Below, piece after piece: positions 56,466 to 64,000 of a stretch of 64,000 nt of DNA. This DNA is from Spirulina sp. (GTDB taxonomy: Bacteria > Cyanobacteriota > Cyanobacteriia > Phormidesmidales > Phormidesmidaceae). Location of the stretch: positions 32,001 to 96,000 of the forward strand of contig JBIPSI010000008.1 in the NCBI GenBank assembly GCA_044070495.1, written 5' to 3'. Position numbers and translations under genes: made by a program. Below the pieces are notes generated by a model. It worked only from the letters and a program-made list of their open reading frames with translations, was not told the DNA's origin and made no database searches. Every line of letters begins with the position of its first letter. Positions within the stretch are counted from its first letter, which is position 1.

Positions 56466-57586
56466 TACAGCTCATACTTCATCCACTGGCAGGGAATGGT
56501 GCCGTTATTCACCGACCAACGCTGGGCGGATTTGAGGCCAATGGTGCGGGCCAGTTCTTTGTTGCCGCTGAGGACAAAGGCCGTCCAGCCCTTGAACCGC
56601 TGTTTCAGCACATCCCCCAGCAGCCGATAGAAGGCCGCTAGGTCGTCATCCTGGCCTAGGCGTTCTCCGTAGGGTGGGTTGCAAAGAATGTAGCCCTGGT
56701 CGGCGGGGGCAGCCAAGTCTTCCAGTTCCTGCACAAAAAACTGGATCTGATCCGCCAAGCCACAGCGTTCGGCGTTGCCCTGGGCCTGCTGGATAACGGA
56801 TTCATCGCGATCACAGCCCCACACTAGGGTGCTCAAGGTGCCCCCGTGGCTGGCGTCGGCTTCTTGGCAGAGGTCGTCCCACAACTCGGCGTCAAAATCG
56901 GGCCAGGTTTGGAAACCAAAGGATTCCCGAAACAATCCCGGCGCAATGCCCAAGGCCGCCAGACTGGCCTCTAGGGGCAAAGTGCCCGATCCGCAGAGGG
57001 GATCAATCAGCGGCACCTCGCCCTTCCAGCCCGTCCACTGTACGAGGGCCGCCGCCAGGGTTTCCTTTAACGGAGCCGTCCCCACCGCCGCTCGATAGCC
57101 CCGCCGATGCAGGCTGTGGCCAGAGCTATCCAGACTAACCGTGTAGTGATCGCGGTTTAAGTGCACGTTCACCCGTACATCGGGCTGGTGGGCATCCACG
57201 CTGGAACGCTCGCCCCAGTGGTGGCGCTGCTGATCGACAATGGCATTTTTCACTTGCAGGGCGGTGAAATGGCTGTGGTTGAGCCGACGGTGCTGACCCG
57301 ACACATCCACCGCCAGGGTGCGATCCGGCGGCAGGTAGGGTCGCCAATCAATTTTCTGAATGCCCTGGTACAAATCCTCCGCATCCCCACAGGGGCCTTC
57401 CCCCAGCGGCACCAACACCCGAAAGGCCAGCCGCGACCACAGGTTCACCCGATACAGCAGCCCCATACTGCCCTGGAAGGCCACCCCACAAAAGCCCTCC
57501 TCCACCGCCTGCGCCCCCAAGGCGGTCAGTTCGGAAGCGGCTAGGGACTCTAGGCCATGGGCAACGGTGGCAAAATACTGGGGCAT
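56462..57586 (-). CDS. rlmL: THUMP-domain rRNA methyltransferase (RlmL-like)
   Basis: SLHRRGYR, APLKETLAA, DPLCGSGT, NPPYGER. Confidence 0.85.
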   Translation of the reverse strand: MPQYFATVAHGLESLAASELTALGAQAVEEGFCGVAFQGSMGLLYRVNLWSRLAFRVLVPLGEGPCGDAEDLYQGIQKIDWRPYLPPDRTLAVDVSGQHRRLNHSHFTALQVKNAIVDQQRHHWGERSSVDAHQPDVRVNVHLNRDHYTVSLDSSGHSLHRRGYRAAVGTAPLKETLAAALVQWTGWKGEVPLIDPLCGSGTLPLEASLAALGIAPGLFRESFGFQTWPDFDAELWDDLCQEADASHGGTLSTLVWGCDRDESVIQQAQGNAERCGLADQIQFFVQELEDLAAPADQGYILCNPPYGERLGQDDDLAAFYRLLGDVLKQRFKGWTAFVLSGNKELARTIGLKSAQRWSVNNGTIPCQWMKYELY

Positions 57587-57774
57587 GGGGCAACGGCCAA
57601 AAACAGCGGGATAAAGGGAGGCCTAGTGTTTTGTTAAGACCTGTCCTTGGGATACTACCACTGGACAAAACCTAGGCTATTCTATTGATAATCCTTGCTA
57701 GCCACTAGCCGGGGTAATCCTGTGGGTCAAGGTGATTGGCCCCTTTCGCTGTCGAATTCTTGGAGGAACGACTT

Positions 57775-58260
57775 ATTTCTAAGACTCAACTGGTCAACCG
57801 GCAAATTCGGTCACCTCAGGTGCTGCTGATCGATCATGAAAACCAAAATCAAGGGCTCGTAGATACCCGCGACGCGCTTAAGCTCGCCGAGGATCAGGGG
57901 CTTGATTTGGTTGTGGTTTCCAATGGCAAAGATGCCCCCGTTGCCAAAATTCTTGACTACGGCAAGCTTCAGTATCAGCAGAGTAAGCGCCAAAAGCAAA
58001 GCTCCAAGCCTTCGCTGAAGGAAGTTAAGCTGCGTCCCAACGTGGGTGAGTCCGACTACCAGCTCCGCATTAAGCGAACGGTGGAGTGGCTGTCTAAGGG
58101 AGACTCGGTGAAATTTATTATTCGGCTGCGGGGTCGCGAGCACCAGCACCGAGACCGGGCCGGAGAACTGCTAGACCGGATTGTGCAGGATATCGGCGAT
58201 GCGGGCAAGGTGCAAGCCCTGGATAAGCGTGCCTTAGTGCTGATGATTACCCCGGCCTAG
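57775..58260 (+). CDS. infC: Translation initiation factor IF-3 (probable ATT start)
   Basis: GLDLVVV, PVAKILDYGK, KEVKLRP, LRGRE; GGAGG 8 nt before in-frame ATT. Confidence 0.9.
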   Translation: MSKTQLVNRQIRSPQVLLIDHENQNQGLVDTRDALKLAEDQGLDLVVVSNGKDAPVAKILDYGKLQYQQSKRQKQSSKPSLKEVKLRPNVGESDYQLRIKRTVEWLSKGDSVKFIIRLRGREHQHRDRAGELLDRIVQDIGDAGKVQALDKRALVLMITPA

Positions 58261-58462
58261 GTGAGCGTTTCTCTAAACCAATCACGTCCGTAGGATGGGC
58301 AGCGGGTTGACCGTTGCCCATTTTAGATCCCAGGGTTCTTTAAAGAACCCTGGGATCTAACTACAGAGTACCTACCTGTAGTACGTGAGCTTGTATCCAA
58401 CTCGGCACGCCTAGGAGATTGACCTTGGCAATCACAGACACCGGGTTTCCGTATCGGCTGTC

Positions 58463-58843
58463 CTAGGGGGTGGCCCAGCCGAGGATGTGGGCGACCTCTT
58501 TCCATACCAGAAGGGGGTCGAAGGGTTTGGTAATGACACCAGCTACCCCTAGGCGGGCGAAGCGGGCTTGGTCGCTGGGAAGCACGCGGGCGGTGAGCAA
58601 AATGACGGGGATGGCGCAGGTGGTGGGGTTGGCCTGGAGCTTTTCGACGACGGTGACGCCATCCAGATCGGGCATGGACACATCGAGGACGATGGCATCC
58701 CAGGGCCGATGGCCCGCTAGTGCTAGGCCCTCCAGCCCCGACTTAGCTCCGGCGGTGTGCCAGTGGCCAAATTCCTCTAGGGAAAGGCAGACAACATCGC
58801 GAATGTCGGGTTCGTCGTCGATGACTAAAATCTGTTTAGCCAT
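58463..58843 (-). CDS. Single-domain response regulator (CheY-like)
   Basis: ILVIDDE, LDVSMP..DG, LTA, KPFDP. Confidence 0.93.
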   Translation of the reverse strand: MAKQILVIDDEPDIRDVVCLSLEEFGHWHTAGAKSGLEGLALAGHRPWDAIVLDVSMPDLDGVTVVEKLQANPTTCAIPVILLTARVLPSDQARFARLGVAGVITKPFDPLLVWKEVAHILGWATP

Positions 58844-61607
58844 GGGACCTCGTGGGTAGGGTGAAATAGAAGGTGCTGCCTTCACCGAATACGCTCTCTA
58901 CCCAGATTTCCCCACCATGCTGGGCAATGATACTTTTGCAGATGGCCAATCCTAGCCCGGTGCCCCCCCGCTGACGCGAATCGGACACATCCACCTGCTG
59001 GAAGCGGTCAAAAATCACCTCACACTGATCGGCGGGAATTCCCCGCCCTTGGTCAGTGACGGAAAACTGTATGGTCGTGGGCGATACTGACTCGGCCCGT
59101 AGCCAGATCTCGCTACCGGCGGGGGAAAACTTAATGGCGTTGCTCAGCAGGTTCACCAGGGTTTGCACGATGGCGTCGGGGTCGGCCCAGAGGGTGGCCG
59201 AGGGGGAGCAGAAACGGAGTTGAATGCCGGATTCTAGGGCGAGGGCTTCGACACCCTCCATAGCCTGGGTCATCAATTGCAAGACCGAACAGTCTTCCTC
59301 AACCAGCTTTACCTTACCGGAGGCTAGCCGCTCTAGATTCAGAATATCGTTAACCATGCGAATGAGGCGGTCGGTGTTGGTCAGGGATACATTCAGCATG
59401 TGCTGGGCCTTGTCCGGGCGGTTTTGCAGCACCCCAGAATCGAGGATGCCCAAGGCTCCGCGAATGGCGGTGAGGGGGGTGCGCAGTTCGTGGCTGACCA
59501 TGGCGATGAATTCGTCCTTGAGGCGGTCAATCTTGTGGCGTTCGCTCATGTCCCGCACCACCACCAGCACCTCATCTTGGGTAACAGGCACAATCCGCGC
59601 CTCTTCCCAGTACTTCTGGCCCTCTACGGTAATTTCGTATTCCTGACGCTGGATGCTACCCGTTGTGAGGGCCAATTCAATGCAGTGCCGTCGCTCGGCG
59701 GCAATGGCGGGGGGCAACGCCTCATACATCGATTGCAGATGGGCGGTGCCCTTATCCCCAATCCAGTTGGCGGTCTCTAGGTTGTAGATTTCGAGGGGAA
59801 TGCCATCTCGGCCCAGCCGCATCAGCAGGTCGGGAATGGCGTTGATCAGCGCCTGCTTGGTGGCGTTGCCCTGGGCGATAGAGGCGGTTTGTTCGGCCAC
59901 CTGCTGCTCTAGTTCACGCTCGTAGTTGGCGCGTAGCGCCTCAGCTTGGCGACGCTCGGTAATATCCTGAAAGGCGGCGATGCAGTAGCGGATCTGCCCC
60001 CGGTCGTCCAACACGGGGATCGTATGCACCTCGATGGGAGTACGCTGGCCGTTGATATCAATCTCTAGGTTGTCGGTGTAGGCGGCTTTGCCTCGCAACC
60101 CTTTGGCCACGGGCAGATCCTCCACCGGGCAGAGTTCCTGGGTACCCGCTAGGTAGAGACCGTAGTCCTTAGGTAACTCCGCAAGGCTGCTGGGCAAAAT
60201 TCCCGCTGGCAAGATCTGCTGCCCCTTGTAGTTGAGAAATAGCATACGACCATCGGTATCGTGGACGCTGATGCCGACGGGCACCCCATCCAGGAAGATG
60301 GCTAAGGTATCTTCCCGGTGGCGCAGGGTTTGTAGGGAATTCATCAACTGCCAGAGCCGTTCGTCAAACTGCTGGCGTAGGGCATTGACTTCTTTAATAG
60401 AACTGGGCTGGCTGGGGGGCAGGGAGGGGGCATCAAGGGAGAAGGATTCCGTAGCCCGCTGGAGGTCTAGGATGGGCTTGGTGATCGTTTCAGCCGTCCA
60501 GATGCCGAGCCCCGTGGAACCCAGCAGGGCCAAGGCACAGAACAGGAGGGTGCGGGTGAGGTTGGCGTAGATGGTGGCCATGAACTCCTGGCTGGGGATG
60601 GCGGTCACCATCAGCCAGTCCAGATCCCCTTCCATGGGGCTAGCGTGGAGAAAATAGGGGCGGGATTCAAACCAAAAGGTGAAAAAGGTGGGGGATTTAA
60701 TATTGTTGAGGCGATAGTACTGACTCACCAAATGTTGCACCGCCGCCTTGGTCAGGGCATTGTCGCTTTGGTACCAGCGCAATTGGTGATATTGGGCTGG
60801 GGCATTGGGGGGCAGATCGCCCATCTCCTCGGTGAACAATAAGGATTCCCCAGTGGAGGTGGCCACCAGGGTGCCGTTGGTTGTGAGGAGAAGCACCTGT
60901 CCCTCGCGCTGGTATAACACCTGCTGCAACACCTGGCCGAGTTCTGGCAGCAACACCCCAGCGCTGGAGATCCCCTTTAATTCTTTCCGACGGTCGTAGA
61001 CCGGCTGGGATCGCACCATCGCCAAGAGCGGTTGATCGGAGCCTTGGTGCAGCGTCACCACGAGTTGCCAAAACCCCTTAGGAGCGCCCCTCGCCTCGCG
61101 ATACCACGCATCCTCTGGGGGATCGATGGGCAGGTAATCGTCGAAATAGGTCTCCAACAGACGGCGGTTTTGCCCGTCGGCATTGCCCCGGTAGTAGTAG
61201 TAGCTATCATCCTGGCGGGTGATGTTGCGGTGGCGGATGAGGGTGTCGTCGTTGGCTAGGCGCGACACCCCCAGAAATTCCCCGGTGGGGGTAGTCATCG
61301 TTAACTGGGTAATCTCTGGAAAACCCTGTACTTGCTGAAGAAAGCGAGTTTCTAGGTAGTCGAGGGGGGGCTGTCCTGGGTTGTTGAGCATCACTTGGGC
61401 ATTCATGCGAGTGATGGTCTGGGGTAACTGAAGGTAGGTGCCGAGGCTAGCCTCCACGCGCTGGCCCGTTTCTGCCATCAACTGGCTAACGATATCCTGC
61501 ACCGCCCGCTGTCCGCTACGGTAGGACACATACCCCACTAGCCCCGTGATGCCGAGCACTTGGAGGACAAAGGGAACAATCAGCAGGGTGCGCAGGGAAA
61601 CCGCCAT
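58836..61607 (-). CDS. Membrane sensor histidine kinase (Cache-like/HAMP/PAS/HisKA/HATPase)
   Basis: Two TM helices, DITERR, SHELRTPL, NLLSNAIKFS, DQGRGI, GTGLGL. Confidence 0.93.
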   Translation of the reverse strand: MAVSLRTLLIVPFVLQVLGITGLVGYVSYRSGQRAVQDIVSQLMAETGQRVEASLGTYLQLPQTITRMNAQVMLNNPGQPPLDYLETRFLQQVQGFPEITQLTMTTPTGEFLGVSRLANDDTLIRHRNITRQDDSYYYYRGNADGQNRRLLETYFDDYLPIDPPEDAWYREARGAPKGFWQLVVTLHQGSDQPLLAMVRSQPVYDRRKELKGISSAGVLLPELGQVLQQVLYQREGQVLLLTTNGTLVATSTGESLLFTEEMGDLPPNAPAQYHQLRWYQSDNALTKAAVQHLVSQYYRLNNIKSPTFFTFWFESRPYFLHASPMEGDLDWLMVTAIPSQEFMATIYANLTRTLLFCALALLGSTGLGIWTAETITKPILDLQRATESFSLDAPSLPPSQPSSIKEVNALRQQFDERLWQLMNSLQTLRHREDTLAIFLDGVPVGISVHDTDGRMLFLNYKGQQILPAGILPSSLAELPKDYGLYLAGTQELCPVEDLPVAKGLRGKAAYTDNLEIDINGQRTPIEVHTIPVLDDRGQIRYCIAAFQDITERRQAEALRANYERELEQQVAEQTASIAQGNATKQALINAIPDLLMRLGRDGIPLEIYNLETANWIGDKGTAHLQSMYEALPPAIAAERRHCIELALTTGSIQRQEYEITVEGQKYWEEARIVPVTQDEVLVVVRDMSERHKIDRLKDEFIAMVSHELRTPLTAIRGALGILDSGVLQNRPDKAQHMLNVSLTNTDRLIRMVNDILNLERLASGKVKLVEEDCSVLQLMTQAMEGVEALALESGIQLRFCSPSATLWADPDAIVQTLVNLLSNAIKFSPAGSEIWLRAESVSPTTIQFSVTDQGRGIPADQCEVIFDRFQQVDVSDSRQRGGTGLGLAICKSIIAQHGGEIWVESVFGEGSTFYFTLPTRSHG

Positions 61608-61628
61608 GGATCCTTAGCCAGTCCTTCG

Positions 61629-64000
61629 CTATCGCGACATGGGATAGAGGGACAGGGTGTTGCCACCCCTCGCCTGGGCCTCCCTCAGGGCCTGATGCGC
61701 CGCCACCATCAACTGCGCCGGTCGCGTAGACTCGGTGGGGGTGATGCCACTAATACCAAGGCTCAGGGTGACGTGGGATCGCTGACCACTGGCCCCATGG
61801 GGGATGTGGAGTTGATCCACCGCCTGCTGAATCCGGGTGGCCACCCGCAGGGCTCCGTCGAGATTGGTATTGGGCAACACCACGCTAAACTGGGCATCGC
61901 CGGAACGTGCCACGAGGTCAATGTGGGGATTAACCGTATGGTACAGGGCGCGGGCCACCCGCCGCCGCAACCCCTCGCTGGCTCCCTGGCCGTAGGCCTG
62001 TTGGTAGGTCGCGAAATCGTCAAGGGCACAGATTAGCAGGGCGAGGGGAGCCTGATCCTGACCGTGTCGATCCCATTGTTGCCGCAAAAAGATTTCTAGG
62101 TGGCTACCGTTGGCCACCTGGGTGAGGGGATCGTGGTAGTCGGACTGGGCCCAGTGCAGGGCCTGCTGCTGACGCATTTGATCCAACTGTTGGCGCAGGC
62201 GAGACCGCTCTACCCGGCTGAGCACCCGCGTCACCAGTTCTGGCCCCACGATGGGCTTGCCGATCAGGTCGTCGCCCCCCGCCTCAAACACCTGGTTCAC
62301 GGTCACCGTATCGGGATAGGTGGCCAACATTAGGGTGGGCAGATTGCCGTAGGTGGGGTCTTGACGCACCACCTGGCACAGGTCAAAACCGCTGAAGGTG
62401 GGGGTATCCAAGGCCAAAATCAGCAGATCCGGCTGTATCTGCCGCAACTGATCCCAAAACTGCCGGGGATCGCTGAGGCCAAACATCTGCAACCCCCAGG
62501 GGGACAGCAGGGTTTGGATGGTGTCTAGGGTCACCGGATCATCGTCCACCACCAGCACCCGAGATTCCGGCGGGTGAGCACAGGGCAAGACCTGTTCTAG
62601 GGCCTCGATGACCTGGCCCGTACTCACGGGGGCCACCAAATAGCGATGCCCTTGCAGTCGGGCCACCTGTACCCGTTCCTCTAAGCTCTCCTGGCAGGTA
62701 ATCACTAGCACGGGCAGTTGGGGATAGTGGCGACGGATAGCTTGTAGCGGGGCCAGCTTAGTCGCCGGGGGCAGATCGGCATCTAACCCCAGCAGAATGG
62801 CCCCCACCTGCGGACTGAGGGGCGTCTCGGCCAAGTCGGGCAGGTGGTCACACACCTCCACCGAGTAGCCCATCGAGGGCAACCGCTGCTGCAATTGCTG
62901 AACCATCGCCCCGTCCCCATGCACCACCAGCAAGCCACAACCCTTGGCCCTCTTTTCCTGGGCCAAGGGCCCGAGGCTAGGGCCGTCCGCTGGGGCCTTG
63001 GCCTCAGCGGGGCTTTGCTCGATGATCTGCTTAAGATGATGGAAGGCCTGCACCACCTGGACTACCTGCTCGGTGGTGAGGGCCTGATCTTGGGCCAAAA
63101 GCGTTTCAATCTGACGGGCCTGCACCGATCCATCCGGGTGGCCAAAGGTTCCCAGCCCCCCCGCTAGGCGATGGGCCTCCTGTTCGGCTTGGTGGCGATC
63201 CTGGTCGGCTAATCCCGTCGTCTGTAACTGCTGAATAGCCTGTTCTATCAGGGCTAGGCGTTCCGGCAATCTGTCTCGAAAGTGCTGGGTAAGCGCGGCC
63301 AAACCAGCAGCCATGCCCTCCGTGACGGGGGCCACCGGAGGGTCATCTTCCCCAGCCCCCGAACCATTGCCCTGGGGATCGAGAGCATCGTGGGCCTCGT
63401 CGCTAGCGTGGCCATTGCGGTTATCACGATTGCGGTTGTCAGGGTGGTCGCCCTTGCGATAGCCATTGTGACCATTGGGGCGGCCAAGGCTAGGGTCTTC
63501 GGAATCTGCCTCTACGGGGGCCGTTTCCGTTGGTTCCCCTAAGCGATAACCCAACCCATACACCGTTTGGATAACCGCCTCCGTAATGCCGCTGCGCTTG
63601 AGACGATGGCGCAGATCCTTCACCAGGTTGGTCACGGCCCCCTCGGTGGGGGAGTCCTCAATGGCCCAGAGGTGATCCAGAATGGTGCTGCGGCTGAAGA
63701 CTCGGTGCGGATGGCGCAAAAACAGCTCCAGCAGGCCGTATTCCTTGGGGGTGAGGGGCACCACTTCCCCGTCGTAGGTCACCTGGGCAAGGCCCGGATC
63801 AAGCTGGATGCGCCCCCACACCAGGGACGGGATCTCGGTGGCTACTGCCCCCCGCCGCAGCAAGGCCCGCACCCGGGCCAACACACTCTGCACCTCAAAG
63901 GGTTTGGTAACGTAGTCGTCGGCCCCGGCATCTAGCCCCGTAATGATGTGTTCGTCCCCGGTTTTGGCCGTTAGGATCAAAATGGGCGTGGTGGATCCCT
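61629..64000 (-). CDS. RcaC-like multidomain regulator (REC-wHTH-HPt-REC-REC-degenerate GGDEF), 5' truncated by window edge
   Basis: GADDYVTKPF, LTPKEY..LE, TVYGLGY, AHRLAGGLGTFG (HPt), VDDD, DPLTQVAN...ARSGDAQF. Confidence 0.9.
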   Translation of the reverse strand, partial: GSTTPILILTAKTGDEHIITGLDAGADDYVTKPFEVQSVLARVRALLRRGAVATEIPSLVWGRIQLDPGLAQVTYDGEVVPLTPKEYGLLELFLRHPHRVFSRSTILDHLWAIEDSPTEGAVTNLVKDLRHRLKRSGITEAVIQTVYGLGYRLGEPTETAPVEADSEDPSLGRPNGHNGYRKGDHPDNRNRDNRNGHASDEAHDALDPQGNGSGAGEDDPPVAPVTEGMAAGLAALTQHFRDRLPERLALIEQAIQQLQTTGLADQDRHQAEQEAHRLAGGLGTFGHPDGSVQARQIETLLAQDQALTTEQVVQVVQAFHHLKQIIEQSPAEAKAPADGPSLGPLAQEKRAKGCGLLVVHGDGAMVQQLQQRLPSMGYSVEVCDHLPDLAETPLSPQVGAILLGLDADLPPATKLAPLQAIRRHYPQLPVLVITCQESLEERVQVARLQGHRYLVAPVSTGQVIEALEQVLPCAHPPESRVLVVDDDPVTLDTIQTLLSPWGLQMFGLSDPRQFWDQLRQIQPDLLILALDTPTFSGFDLCQVVRQDPTYGNLPTLMLATYPDTVTVNQVFEAGGDDLIGKPIVGPELVTRVLSRVERSRLRQQLDQMRQQQALHWAQSDYHDPLTQVANGSHLEIFLRQQWDRHGQDQAPLALLICALDDFATYQQAYGQGASEGLRRRVARALYHTVNPHIDLVARSGDAQFSVVLPNTNLDGALRVATRIQQAVDQLHIPHGASGQRSHVTLSLGISGITPTESTRPAQLMVAAHQALREAQARGGNTLSLYPMSR

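Overview
64 kb of a filamentous cyanobacterial chromosome. The Leptolyngbya/Nodosilinea-like assignment is inferred from gene content (PAP-fibrillin, DUF1997, DUF4079, RcaC-like regulator, cyanobacterial pilMNOQ). The backbone carries folC, purT, pilMNOQ, tRNA-Leu(CAA), gdhA, gcvT, glgP, an rlmL-like methyltransferase, an infC paralog and two-component genes. The best candidate for an undescribed system is a five-gene minus-strand operon at 1-10103: dual peptidoglycan hydrolase (M15 peptidase + GH19 + PG-binding), unknown protein with a hydrophobic hairpin, caspase/alpha-beta-hydrolase fusion, CHAT protease and an nSTAND1 NTPase that runs off the left edge and is missing from the ORF track. 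Four of these proteins carry recurring (T)R-S/D-L/I linker motifs that look like protease cleavage sites. Other accessory loci are a DUF4157 (eCIS-type) effector with a partner gene, a paired AAA_35/STAND operon with a chimeric AsmA-like protein and upstream 9-bp repeats, and a lone attC-like site. Non-coding DNA contains two MITE families with clear target-site duplications that carry REP-like hairpins; one family inserts into the same loop of another repeat. A 45-aa PirA-like ORF below the track cutoff has a long upstream hairpin. No CRISPR array, rRNA or intact transposase was seen. All calls come from motif recognition by eye; no database search was run.
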